Positions 28,495 to 38,215 of a stretch of DNA of 64,000 nt are shown here, piece by piece; positions within the stretch are counted from its first letter, which is position 1; every line of letters begins with the position of its first letter. The stretch comes from Chitinivibrionales bacterium (GTDB taxonomy: Bacteria > Fibrobacterota > Chitinivibrionia > Chitinivibrionales > WJKA01), in the NCBI GenBank assembly GCA_038247415.1, contig JBBRUX010000017.1, forward strand, positions 1 through 64,000. Reading direction: 5' to 3'. Both the position numbers and the translations under genes were made by a program. The notes beneath the pieces were generated by a model that worked only from the letters and a program-made list of their open reading frames with translations, did not search any database and was not told the DNA's origin.

Positions 28495-31400
28495 GTGCGT
28501 ATTTTTCGCAATACCATTATCATCATTGGTAGTTTTTGGTCATGCCTTTGCGCAATGACATTTGCCGTTGATTCTCTTATGTCGGTAGATGCAATACCTG
28601 CTGCTGTTCTTCGTGTTGCAGAAGAAGCCTACAATCTCAATAAAAAAGGGATAGATGCCCTCACCGCAAACGATTTGCCGGTTGCACAGGAATCATTCGA
28701 AAAAGCAATGTCAATACTTCCGGGGTATACCGACGCAGAGAATAATCTGGGTGTTACCTGGTTTCGCAGGGGCAATATGGGCAAAGCAGAGCAGATTTGG
28801 GCAAATTTAACAAACGCTAATCCTCATTACACCCTGGGTTTTCATAATAGAGGAGTAGCCGCTTTTTACGAAAGAAGCTACGATGTAGCGCAATCCTTTT
28901 TTGATAAGGCCCTTGGCCTCAATAAACAATTTATAGATTCTTATGTGTATAGTGGGCGGGTTTCCTTGGCCTTGGGTAATACCTCCCAAGCGCTCGAAAA
29001 ATTTAAACGGGCCATTGCCATTAATCCTAAGCATCCGGGCGCATTTGGATATTATGCCTATGCGCTTGTTGCCGCAAAAGATACCGTTAAAGCTATAGCA
29101 CTTTTACGCGAACGCCCCGATCATACGGGGGCATTAGAAATGCTCGGAACCATTTTGGCTGCCAAGGGTGATGTCAAGGAAGCAACTGAGGTGTTGCGAA
29201 AGGCTGTTAATCGTGGGGCGTCGGCCGAAACATACCTAACACTTGCAACCGTATTGCTCGATGCGCATGATTGTTCGCAAGCACTTGCCATGGTAAAGGA
29301 ATATTTTGCACATGCGCCGGTTCCTTCTGCATCGGCATATATAAATGCTTCGGTTGCTGCAGGCGAGTGTAAAGAGAATGCACTGGCAGAATCGTATCTC
29401 ACCGAAGGCGTAAAGCGGTTTCCTACCGATCCATTTATTCGCTATAACCTCGGAAAATTGTATTTCATTCGTAATGCTCTCGATGCTGCCGAATCGCAAT
29501 GGAAAGTTCTCTCCGACTCGATGTACGATCCAGAGCTTTATTATCTGCGATCAACAATTGCTGTTGCCCACAATAGGTTGACCGATGCAGAAACCATGGT
29601 TCGAAAGTCTATTAGGTTAGATAAATCGTCTAAATCACTTCTTTTGCTGGGTAACATTCTTATAGCGCAAAACAAGAAAGATGCGGGAAAAGAAGCCTTT
29701 AAAGAAGTTCTTGCCCTCGATCCTTCTAATGGTAATGCAACCCTTAATCTTGCACTGCTGGATAAAGGCGGTGCCAATGCCGAATCGGCGCTTCTCAAAG
29801 CAAAAGCGGATCTTGCATCGTGCAGCGGTAGTTGTGGGCGTCAAGCATTAACACTCTCTATCCTGTATGCGTATCAAAAAAAGTATCCAGAGGCCATCGC
29901 CACACTCGAAAAAATACCTGTTAAAGAACGGAATGTATCGGTATGTAAAGCATTAGGCGTTTACTATAAAGAAGCAGGGCAATGGGCTAATGCCATAGCA
30001 ACGCTAGAAAAAGCCCGCATCGATGGTGGCATTAAAGATGCATCGCTTTTGTTTGACCTGGCAAGTTTGTATAGCACCACGGGCCACTACGAACGGGCCA
30101 TCGACCTTTTTGGTATGGTAGAAAAAGATCCGGGCATCGAATCTTATAAGCTCCAGTATTCCTGGGGGTATGCGATTCTGCAACAAGGAAGGCTCGATGA
30201 GGCTCTGATGCATCTGGAGAAAAGTCTAAAAAGTAAAGAAACACCCAGTGCATTGGGTCTTGTGGCGTATATCTATAATAAGCAAGGCAATGCAGCAAAA
30301 GCATCGGAATTGTGGCAGAAAAACCTGAGGGACGACCCCGATAACTCTGTTGTTCTTGTCAACCTTGGGCTTGCGCAGCAACAGAGTGGTAAGCTTAGCG
30401 AAGCGCTCGATTATTTTAAAAAAGCAGCACAAGCAAAAAATGCAGATGCTGCGGTGTATATCAATATTGGTTCGGTGCTCGATCTTATGGGAAAAAATGC
30501 CGATGCAGCAAAAGCCTACGAGAAAGCACTTGTGTCAAGTCGTCGAGATTGTGCAGCGTATAACCTATATGTGCATTCTGTAAAGAATTCAGATAAATCA
30601 ATGCAAGCTTCCATGCAAAAGATCCTTACTGCAGAATTCCCAAAATCGCTTTATGCCTCACGTATTGCTGCAGAATCTGCAATCGAGCGTGGGGATACTG
30701 CCGCAGCACAAGCAGCGCTTATGCGTATTCCCGATAAAGAAAAAGACGATGCCGATTGGTTACTCTTGGCGCGTATCGCTGCAGAATCGGGAGACGATGC
30801 AAAAGCGCAGGAAATACTAAATACCGTGTCAACAGATAGCGATGTCGCACGCGAAAAGAATCGGCTCTTGGGTCAAGCAGCGTTTACCGCTAAAAAATAC
30901 GGGGATGCCTTTAAAATATGGAGCGCCAATCCCGATACGAGTATTGCAATTCGCTTTAATATGTGTGTTGCTGCTCTCAATGCCACCATGCCCGATTCAG
31001 CACGTTTTTATACAAAAAAGTTGCTTGCCGAAAAGGGCCTCTCTGGCGATATCATTCAAAAGCTCTATCAGATTTCACTCAATGCTTCTACACTGCTTAA
31101 AGATTGGGTTGCTGTTGCAGAAGTGTCACAGGATATTGTTAAGCAGACTCCACGTAATGCGACTGCATGGTACAATGGGGCAGTTGCCTATTACAATCTT
31201 GGAAATGTAGAAAAGTCGTATGAGATGTACACTCGTGCTCAATCGATAGATTCTAAAATTGTCAATAAAGATATAGAAAATAGGTATGCTGCATCGCGTA
31301 AACCGACTACCGAAATTCGCGACACCGTAGCCGATCCATTCGATATCGATTACAATAAAGCAGTTTCATTGCAGAGCTTAGGAAAGAACAAAGCTGCACT

Positions 31401-31680
31401 AGCGCTCTATAAGAAAATTGTTGCGGCATCACCAACCTATTTTAGGGCTTGGAATAATATTGGGGCAATCTACGCGGCAGAAGGTAAGCTAGAAGAGGCT
31501 GTGGAGTGCTATTTGAAGGCTTTGGCGCAAACCCACGAATTGCCTGAAGCTTATGCAAATCTTGCGCTTGTCTATGTAGCGCTTGGGCAAAAAGATGATG
31601 CTCGTAAATGTATTGCCGATGGTTTACAGTATAATCCAGGCAACGAAGTGCTGGTAAAAGTTTCTAAGATGGTAGAGTAA
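28495..31680 (+). CDS. Large secreted TPR-repeat protein
   Basis: AGGAG RBS then GTG 28495, signal peptide, and many TPR units (AENNLG, AWNNIGAIY, AYANLA). Confidence 0.88.
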   Translation: MRIFRNTIIIIGSFWSCLCAMTFAVDSLMSVDAIPAAVLRVAEEAYNLNKKGIDALTANDLPVAQESFEKAMSILPGYTDAENNLGVTWFRRGNMGKAEQIWANLTNANPHYTLGFHNRGVAAFYERSYDVAQSFFDKALGLNKQFIDSYVYSGRVSLALGNTSQALEKFKRAIAINPKHPGAFGYYAYALVAAKDTVKAIALLRERPDHTGALEMLGTILAAKGDVKEATEVLRKAVNRGASAETYLTLATVLLDAHDCSQALAMVKEYFAHAPVPSASAYINASVAAGECKENALAESYLTEGVKRFPTDPFIRYNLGKLYFIRNALDAAESQWKVLSDSMYDPELYYLRSTIAVAHNRLTDAETMVRKSIRLDKSSKSLLLLGNILIAQNKKDAGKEAFKEVLALDPSNGNATLNLALLDKGGANAESALLKAKADLASCSGSCGRQALTLSILYAYQKKYPEAIATLEKIPVKERNVSVCKALGVYYKEAGQWANAIATLEKARIDGGIKDASLLFDLASLYSTTGHYERAIDLFGMVEKDPGIESYKLQYSWGYAILQQGRLDEALMHLEKSLKSKETPSALGLVAYIYNKQGNAAKASELWQKNLRDDPDNSVVLVNLGLAQQQSGKLSEALDYFKKAAQAKNADAAVYINIGSVLDLMGKNADAAKAYEKALVSSRRDCAAYNLYVHSVKNSDKSMQASMQKILTAEFPKSLYASRIAAESAIERGDTAAAQAALMRIPDKEKDDADWLLLARIAAESGDDAKAQEILNTVSTDSDVAREKNRLLGQAAFTAKKYGDAFKIWSANPDTSIAIRFNMCVAALNATMPDSARFYTKKLLAEKGLSGDIIQKLYQISLNASTLLKDWVAVAEVSQDIVKQTPRNATAWYNGAVAYYNLGNVEKSYEMYTRAQSIDSKIVNKDIENRYAASRKPTTEIRDTVADPFDIDYNKAVSLQSLGKNKAALALYKKIVAASPTYFRAWNNIGAIYAAEGKLEEAVECYLKALAQTHELPEAYANLALVYVALGQKDDARKCIADGLQYNPGNEVLVKVSKMVE

Positions 31681-31700
31681 CGAAGCTTAAAAAAATGTAA

Positions 31701-31786
31701 TGCCCGGGGCCGGAATCGAACCGGCACGGCAGTTTCCCGCCAAGGGATTTTAAGTCCCTAGTGTCTACCTATTCCACCACCCGGGC
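31701..31786 (-). tRNA. tRNA-Leu(TAA)
   Basis: Acceptor stem GCCCGGG/CCCGGGC-A, anticodon arm AGGGA-CTTAAAA-TCCCT, long variable arm, GGTTCGATTCC; CCA is not encoded. Confidence 0.95.
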
Positions 31787-31853
31787 ATTCTTTTAAAGGT
31801 CAGAGAACTTTAAAAGTGTCTTTAAAATGTGTCAGGGGCCGAATAAAATCAAG

Positions 31854-31900
31854 AAAAAAGCCTGTCTGCAAGGGTAAAACATTGCAAACAGGCTTTTTTT
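31854..31900 (-). terminator. Intrinsic terminator downstream of flgM, probably bidirectional
   Basis: AAAAAAGCCTGT.TGCAA...TTGCA.ACAGGCTTTTTT. Confidence 0.8.
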
Positions 31901-31923
31901 GTTGAAATTGGATACCTAATAAG

Positions 31924-32220
31924 CTAGAGTATTCCTGCTCCGTGCATTTTTTCTAACGCATTATCAAATCGAACCGCAATAGGATAATCATTGTTTTTGA
32001 TTCGTTCGCGTATTTTGTCCACGAGTTCTATTCTTACCTCGGGGAGTGCCTTTATGGTGTCTGAAACCTTTTGAACACTCTGCGAGGATGACGAAATCTC
32101 TACCGATTCCGAAGATTTGCCCGTTTGAGCTGGTCGGGGAGTCCCCGATGCACTCTTAGCGGGCGGTGCCTCAAAGGCCTTCTGGAGCCGATAGCTCTGG
32201 GTCATGAATTGTATATTCAT
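31924..32220 (-). CDS. flgM: Anti-sigma28 factor FlgM
   Basis: ESVEISS...LPEVRIELVDKIRERIKNNDY, and a sigma28 promoter upstream. Confidence 0.85.
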   Translation of the reverse strand: MNIQFMTQSYRLQKAFEAPPAKSASGTPRPAQTGKSSESVEISSSSQSVQKVSDTIKALPEVRIELVDKIRERIKNNDYPIAVRFDNALEKMHGAGIL

Positions 32221-32253
32221 AGCGACCACCCTGTTAAAGTGAAAAAGGGGTTC

Positions 32254-32328
32254 TCTTCCGTCCCTGGAAGATGCATCCGTCCCTGGAGTAGTCCCCCGCA
32301 AAAGCAGCTCCATCCTTGGAGTGGGACT
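32254..32328 (-). promoter_or_regulatory. Structured flgM leader with three GGA-loop hairpins (putative CsrA sites)
   Basis: Hairpins CTCCA-AGGA-TGGAG, TCC-AGGGAC-GGA and TCTTCC-AGGGAC-GGAAGA, with an AGTCCC/GGGACT stem enclosing the first. Confidence 0.6.
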
Positions 32329-32347
32329 GCTATCTAGTACATTCTAA

Positions 32348-32375
32348 GTATCGGTATATGTGTAGTCTTTCTTTA
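32348..32375 (-). promoter_or_regulatory. Sigma28 (FliA) promoter of flgM
   Basis: TAAA-N16-ACCGATAC. Confidence 0.7.
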
Positions 32376-32466
32376 ATTATTAATTGAGAGGGTAATATAA
32401 GAATGAATGCGTAAAATTTTGGGCGTATCGGGTTTGCCTTGATCACTAAGCAATGGTAAAATAAGA

Positions 32467-32618
32467 TTTTGGGCATTCCGGTTTCACCGTCGCCCCTCTT
32501 TACGGACTCTGGCTTTGCCAGCCGGTCTTTCATGCCATGCGGCACAATGTGCCTGAGGCATTCAAGACTGAAAGCTTCACTCCGTTTCGCTTTCGCCCTC
32601 CAGTCCTGGCTAATGCTC
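32467..32618 (+). repeat. Highly structured intergenic element A
   Basis: Starts TTTTGGGCATT and ends AATGCTC. Internal hairpins CTGGC/GCCAG, GTCTT..ATGCC..GGCAC/GTGCC..GGCAT..AAGAC, and GAAAGC/GCTTTC. Confidence 0.5.
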
Positions 32619-32634
32619 TTGACATGAAAGGGGC

Positions 32635-32724
32635 CTGAACATGATTACAAGGATTATGCGATTACCATGATTAATTCGGACAGAAATCAAGATCATCAAG
32701 GTAATCATGTGAATCAAGGTTCAG
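32635..32724. repeat. GATT/AATC periodic palindromic element
   Basis: CTGAAC...GTTCAG ends, four GATT at 8-9 nt spacing mirrored by AATC units, and an ACATGATTAC/GTAATCATGT inverted 10-mer. Confidence 0.6.
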
Positions 32725-32733
32725 ACAATTGAC

Positions 32734-32920
32734 TTTTGCGCCAGGCAGAACTGAAAGGTGTCGCCGTATGCGACAGTGCCCACTAAAAGCTTTGTCGCTT
32801 TGGACAAAGCGCTTTAATGGTGGCACCAAGGGCGATTGCCCGCGCCTGTAAGGAGGGCCGGTACCGCAGATAGGCTCCCAGATGCTTACCCTGCTTAATT
32901 CCTAAGCTTGGCGCCCAAAA
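32734..32920 (-). repeat. Highly structured intergenic element B
   Basis: On the minus strand it starts TTTTGGGCGCCAAG and ends CCTGGCGCAAAA. Hairpins TGTCGC/GCGACA, GCTTTGTC/GACAAAGC and GGGC/GCCC. Confidence 0.5.
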
Positions 32921-33069
32921 TCAGCATTTAGAATTGGTTTATTAGCTCAAGGTACCCTGAATCAAGATTTTAGCAGTCCAAGCTCAATAATAGTTTCTTT
33001 TCTGAGTTCTACGGTGTATTTTAAGCACTACTAAATTACTGAGAGAACTACTTAATTAAGGGAGAAAAT

Positions 33070-33591
33070 ATGAATCTTGATGATGCCATCCGTAAAGTTC
33101 CCGATTTTCCTAAGCCCGGGATCCTTTTCTATGATGTGACCTCCATTTTTACCAACCCGCCAGCATTTCAGTTTGCAATTGACGAAATGATGAGACTTTA
33201 CGAAGCGGAGAAGGTTGATGGTGTGATTGCAATCGAAAGTAGAGGGTTTTTATTGGGATCATGCTTTGCATATAAACGCGGAGTCCCCTTGGTTTTGGCT
33301 CGGAAAAAAGGGAAGCTGCCGGGCAAAACTATTACTCGAAGCTATGCGCTTGAATATGGTGAAGCAACGCTTGAGATTCATACCGCCGATATGCCAGCAG
33401 GGAAGCGATGGCTTATTATTGACGACTTAATTGCTACCGGCGGTACTATTGAGGCTGTTGCAGGGCTTATTGAATCTCAAGGTTCTTCTGTTGCGGGCGT
33501 TTTTGGTGTAATCGGATTGCCTTTCTTGCACTATGGTAAAAAAATTGGCAAGTATAATCCCAAAACCCTGATCGATTATCACGCTGAATAA
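33070..33591 (+). CDS. apt: Adenine phosphoribosyltransferase
   Basis: Motifs PDFPKPGILF, ESRGF, RKKGKLP, YALEYG and IIDDLIATGGT. Confidence 0.97.
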   Translation: MNLDDAIRKVPDFPKPGILFYDVTSIFTNPPAFQFAIDEMMRLYEAEKVDGVIAIESRGFLLGSCFAYKRGVPLVLARKKGKLPGKTITRSYALEYGEATLEIHTADMPAGKRWLIIDDLIATGGTIEAVAGLIESQGSSVAGVFGVIGLPFLHYGKKIGKYNPKTLIDYHAE

Positions 33592-33611
33592 GTACTTTTA
33601 AGGTATACGTA

Positions 33612-34982
33612 ATGCAATCTGTTAAAGAAATTCTCGCAACAGCCCTTCTTGGTAGCGTTGTAACTGCAACGGGGTGGGTCAAAACACGGCGTGATGTCAA
33701 GTCATGTTCTTTTATAGAGTTGTCGGATGGAACATCTTTGGGTGGATTGCAGGCCGTGCTCGACTCGGGCATGGAAGGATATAAAGAGATTATCGAAAAG
33801 CTTACTACAGGTTCCAGTGTGCGGATTGAGGGCACTATTGTGGCTTCTCTTGCATCGGGGCAAAGAATAGAGCTTTCTGCTGTGTCTGTTTATATCTATT
33901 CGGTGTGTCCACCTGAGTATCCTTTGCAGAAAAAGCAGCACTCTTTTGAATTCTTGCGCGAGATTGCACATTTGCGTCCGCGCACCAATTCGATTGGGGC
34001 GGTTTTGCGCATTCGCAGCGTACTTTCTTTTGCCGTGCATCGTTTTTTTCAGGACCGTGGGTTCCAGTATGTTCATACGCCAATTATAAGCACATCCGAT
34101 TGTGAAGGTGCTGGTAAACAATTTACCGTTACGACATACGATGCTCTCGGTTTTTCACCCAAAGAATCGTATGCAGATGATTTTTTTGGGGGTCACGCGC
34201 ATTTAACGGTATCTGGTCAGCTTGAAGGTGAAATTTGCGCTTTGGCCTTGCGAAATATTTATACGTTTGGTCCTACCTTTCGTGCCGAGCTTTCTAATAC
34301 TGCCCGACATTTGGCTGAATTCTGGATGATTGAGCCAGAAATGGCTTTTTGCGAATTGGTAGACGATATGAATTGTGCAGAAGCGTTTGTGCGGTTTTGT
34401 GTTGGCGAAGTTTTGGCGCAGTGTCCTGACGAAATAGCATTCTTTACAAAACGCATCGATTCTGGATTAACAGAAAGACTCGAGGCTCTTGTCAAAACTT
34501 CTTTTGAGAGAATTTCGTATACCGATGCCATGATTATTCTAGAAAAAAATAATGCGCATTTCGAATATCCTGTCAGTTTTGGTTCAGATATTCAGTCGGA
34601 GCATGAACGTTATCTGGTTGAGGAAGTTTTTAAAAAGCCAACGATCGTTTACAATTATCCCTCTGAAATAAAAGCTTTTTACATGAAGGCAAATGACGAT
34701 GGAAAGACTGTGCGGGCGATGGATCTTTTAGTTCCACGAATAGGGGAGCTTATTGGTGGAAGCGAACGCGAAGATAGACATGATGTTCTCAAAGACAAGA
34801 TACTTGCTATGGGCTTAAACCCAGAGGATTATTGGTGGTATCTTGACTTAAGAAAATACGGAAGCGTACCCCATGCCGGGTTTGGGCTCGGATTCGAACG
34901 TCTCATGCTTCTTGTTACGGGTATGCTCAATATCCGCGATGTCATTCCCTTTCCCAGGTACCCTGGAAACGCCGCATTTTAG
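33612..34982 (+). CDS. asnS: Asparagine--tRNA ligase
   Basis: Motifs HLTVSGQL, FGPTFRAE, RHLAEFWMIEPE and PHAGFGLGFER. Confidence 0.97.
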   Translation: MQSVKEILATALLGSVVTATGWVKTRRDVKSCSFIELSDGTSLGGLQAVLDSGMEGYKEIIEKLTTGSSVRIEGTIVASLASGQRIELSAVSVYIYSVCPPEYPLQKKQHSFEFLREIAHLRPRTNSIGAVLRIRSVLSFAVHRFFQDRGFQYVHTPIISTSDCEGAGKQFTVTTYDALGFSPKESYADDFFGGHAHLTVSGQLEGEICALALRNIYTFGPTFRAELSNTARHLAEFWMIEPEMAFCELVDDMNCAEAFVRFCVGEVLAQCPDEIAFFTKRIDSGLTERLEALVKTSFERISYTDAMIILEKNNAHFEYPVSFGSDIQSEHERYLVEEVFKKPTIVYNYPSEIKAFYMKANDDGKTVRAMDLLVPRIGELIGGSEREDRHDVLKDKILAMGLNPEDYWWYLDLRKYGSVPHAGFGLGFERLMLLVTGMLNIRDVIPFPRYPGNAAF

Positions 34983-35014
34983 CTCATGCGCCGCATGTAG
35001 TGCAGCGCATGAGT
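34982..35014. terminator. Hairpin between convergent genes
   Basis: GCTCATGCGC...GCGCATGAGT. Confidence 0.5.
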
Positions 35015-35037
35015 GTCTTTTCTGGTGCACTCTCTTC

Positions 35038-37149
35038 TTAGCGGTTTTTGGCCTGTGTTCCATCAAAGTAAACCCCGTCGGGGATCATGGTTGGATCGTT
35101 TAAGGATACTCTTGACCGAGCTTGTTTGTTAATGGGTACTACGCGACCCGCAGCATTAACAGTGAGGTTTGTCGCACCGGTAAGCCTGCTGGCGGGTGTT
35201 ACCAGAGGTGTATGCCAATCTGATATGCTCGTTGGAGCGCCACGAAATCCACTATACATGCCACAGTTCCATCGCTCAAACCCATCAGTTGCATTAGTGA
35301 GACTAAGGGAACGGGTGGTATCTGATCTGATTTCTGTAATTTTCACCTCAGTGGTTTGTTTTTGCGGAGTGTATTCCCGCATGGTAGTAAATGAACACTC
35401 TGCATCTTTTGTGTAAAAAATGGGCCTTGTGTCAAGTGGATCCGTCCCGGTACCAAAGTAAAAAAATCCAAGCGTTTCAGTTTTTCCTTTGTTAATAGTC
35501 TTGCACATGATCCCATCACCTTCACTTTTGCGTCCTAAAATCCAGACATTTGCACCACTATTATATACAATGCCATCCACATAGGATCCTTCGGGGTTGA
35601 GCTGCCGTGCCCAAAGATTTTGGCCCGCTGTACTCATATGAATCCACCCAGAAAAATCTGTTACAAAAATATCGCCGGTGCCTCTGCCGAGAATGGAGCC
35701 TTCGCCACTTTCAAAGATCATTGTTTTACTTGTGGAACGATTTTCGTAGCCCATGAGGTTGCTACCAAAAACATGTAACCCTTGAAATTTGACAATGGGG
35801 GCAGAATTGTTGTCAACCACAAATCGTCCCATGGTTGCAGGGTACGCTGCTGGGCTCGATCCACTTATAAGTCTTGGAAAACCCAGGCCAATAATGTGTC
35901 GGACGGATCCTTTAACAAGGACTGTTCCATTGATATTATAGAGAGGATCTCCAGCAGCTCCCCTTACGTAAACTGTTGTTTTTCCAGCAGCAGCGGCCTT
36001 GTCGATTGCATCCTGAAATGCTTTGGTGTCATCGACATTGTCGCCGGCCTTGGCACCAAAATCGTTGACACATACCCATTTGGCAAGGTCTGTTTCCCAG
36101 GGTACTTCGGGCTCCGACTTAATAGGTAAATCAAGCGATCGCGAAGGAGTATACGGAAAAAGAATGGTATCTTTGTGAGTACTATACAAGGGAATTGTAG
36201 GCCCGGCAAATTCGCGCGTTCCATCCCAGAGTATGCCCCGCAAAGCCTGTGCATACCCTTGGGTCTTTACGTTACGGGCAAATATCACGCCTCTGTTGAG
36301 GATCCCGCATTCTGTAGACGAGGTAGTTGTAAACGAAGAATTGATAAGAGTTACTAGTCCGCACCATTGTTGTTCGTTGGGGGGAAAGGTAATTTCCATG
36401 CCAATGCGACAATTGGTAACGACAAGACTTTCGGCTGCCAAAACATTAGCGCTTACGCGAAGCCCCATAGAATCGCAATCGCGAATAGTAACGCGCGAAA
36501 GTGTTTGCCCCCAGAGCCAAGACGAATAAATTCCAAAATCAAAACCATCTATTTCTACATCTTGAATAAGGTTAGGGCCATTGTAAGCATTCTCGCTCAC
36601 GATTCCATACTTGCCCACTTTATTGCCTATGATACGAATATTTTTAAGAATACCTGCGTTATCTGAGAAAAAATTGATACCACTTACACCGGGGTTGTTT
36701 CCAATATTTACGGTAAAATTATGAAACGTTCTCATGAACCAGTCGGCACTTCCAGGGAGCGTAGAAAAGCATCTAATGACCGAGCCGGTATCGGGCGCTG
36801 CATCATCAAGCTTGATTATTACACTATCACGCTGTTCTCCATATACAAAAGGGCCAATGCCATTTCCGCCGCCGCCATAGTTTACAATAAGAGATTTTGT
36901 AACCATGTAGGTTCCTTTAGGAATGTAAACTACTTTCATGGGTGATGCTGGAGGAGAGCAACTTGCATTGAAAGCATCTTGCAGAATTTTGGTATCATCG
37001 GTGACGCCATCCCCCTTTGCTCCCATGGTTTTGACATTAACAACCATTGCATCATTGGGGAAAACTAAATGTGGAGGTTTTCGTACGGCAAATGTTACGA
37101 AGGAGAGGCTTATAATTAGGAGCAATGCTTTTGTTGCATCGAATTTCAT
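35038..37149 (-). CDS. Secreted GH55/pectate-lyase-3-like double beta-helix protein
   Basis: Signal peptide and two GAKGDG..DDT-type motifs (GAKGDGVTDDT, GAKAGDNVDDT). Confidence 0.8.
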   Translation of the reverse strand: MKFDATKALLLIISLSFVTFAVRKPPHLVFPNDAMVVNVKTMGAKGDGVTDDTKILQDAFNASCSPPASPMKVVYIPKGTYMVTKSLIVNYGGGGNGIGPFVYGEQRDSVIIKLDDAAPDTGSVIRCFSTLPGSADWFMRTFHNFTVNIGNNPGVSGINFFSDNAGILKNIRIIGNKVGKYGIVSENAYNGPNLIQDVEIDGFDFGIYSSWLWGQTLSRVTIRDCDSMGLRVSANVLAAESLVVTNCRIGMEITFPPNEQQWCGLVTLINSSFTTTSSTECGILNRGVIFARNVKTQGYAQALRGILWDGTREFAGPTIPLYSTHKDTILFPYTPSRSLDLPIKSEPEVPWETDLAKWVCVNDFGAKAGDNVDDTKAFQDAIDKAAAAGKTTVYVRGAAGDPLYNINGTVLVKGSVRHIIGLGFPRLISGSSPAAYPATMGRFVVDNNSAPIVKFQGLHVFGSNLMGYENRSTSKTMIFESGEGSILGRGTGDIFVTDFSGWIHMSTAGQNLWARQLNPEGSYVDGIVYNSGANVWILGRKSEGDGIMCKTINKGKTETLGFFYFGTGTDPLDTRPIFYTKDAECSFTTMREYTPQKQTTEVKITEIRSDTTRSLSLTNATDGFERWNCGMYSGFRGAPTSISDWHTPLVTPASRLTGATNLTVNAAGRVVPINKQARSRVSLNDPTMIPDGVYFDGTQAKNR

Positions 37150-37303
37150 AAATAGCGCCCTCCTTAAAGTTAAACGTTTAAATAAAACCTAAAATTGATA
37201 TTTTTGGCTGTTCTAAGGTTCAATATAACCAAATTAAACCGATAATGCTGTAATTATGCCAAAATGGGGCGGTGGGCTTTTAAAAAAATGTTGAAATAAT
37301 TCT

Positions 37304-38215
37304 TCAACGAGGTGTTTTATAATCCACAAATTCTCTAAATCGGTGGTGAAACCATCCAAACCAATGTTCTGGATACTGCCGTATCCATTCTGAAATAATG
37401 CGGTTATGCTCAGCCTGATAAGCATCGAGATAGGCATCGTGATTATCGCGCGATACACCGAGGTCGGCGGTTGTTTGGAGAAAAATTTCGTACGATCCTT
37501 TTTCGTTGAGAATTGCATAGGTGGGAAGAATCCCACAATCAGTTTTAAGAAGAAGCCCCGCAACCGTTCGAATCGTATTTGCTTGTTTGCCAAGGAATGG
37601 CGCCATGGTACCTTGTTGCGCCGAATGTTGATCGATGAGGAGTGCCACCATCCCATTTCGCTTGAGCGCCGATAACGCTTTGCGCAATGCTTGATGCTGG
37701 TAAATGGTTTCTATTCCGGTTGCGGCTCTTTTTTTGCTGAGCCAACTCTCTACAACGCGATTACGCATGGGTTTTGCAAGAACGCTTAAATTGCTAATTT
37801 TAGATCCGTAAATTGCTGCAAGCATTTCCCAATTTCCAAAATGTGCCAAAAGCACAATAATGCCTTTGCCTCGTGTAAAGAGCGAATCAACAATTTCAAA
37901 ATTATGCGTTACATAGGGAGGGAGGTTGTGCGATGGCCGTAAGAAGTCACTGCCATATCTACCAACAGTTTTATACAGCTTTTTTATAATGAGAATTTGT
38001 TCTTTTTCTGTCCAGAATCCCGTGTATCGTATGTTAATTTCAGCAACCGAGCGCTCTATACGAAGGTGATACAAGAGCATGCCGAAAAGACCCCCAAGCC
38101 AGAGCGTAAGCTTTCGGGGAAGAATACCCAGAACTGCTTGAACACAGAGCAACAGAACGTATTCTATCCGATGGAGAATAGGCTTGCTGGTTTGTATCAC
38201 GGCTTTCGTTCCCAT
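37304..38215 (-). CDS. Lipid A secondary acyltransferase (LpxL/HtrB family)
   Basis: Motifs HFGNWE, LLIDQ, PFLG and YPEHWF..H.RF. Confidence 0.88.
   Translation of the reverse strand: MGTKAVIQTSKPILHRIEYVLLLCVQAVLGILPRKLTLWLGGLFGMLLYHLRIERSVAEINIRYTGFWTEKEQILIIKKLYKTVGRYGSDFLRPSHNLPPYVTHNFEIVDSLFTRGKGIIVLLAHFGNWEMLAAIYGSKISNLSVLAKPMRNRVVESWLSKKRAATGIETIYQHQALRKALSALKRNGMVALLIDQHSAQQGTMAPFLGKQANTIRTVAGLLLKTDCGILPTYAILNEKGSYEIFLQTTADLGVSRDNHDAYLDAYQAEHNRIISEWIRQYPEHWFGWFHHRFREFVDYKTPR

Noticed and set aside
31701..31786. tRNA-Leu or tRNA-Asn as an integration site of an island
   Set aside because: No integrase and no duplicated tRNA 3' end were seen in the window.
32330..32545. 71 aa ORF upstream of flgM, and the 31 aa N-terminal extension of FlgM
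   Set aside because: They overlap the sigma28 promoter, the structured leader and a repeat element, and are probably non-coding.
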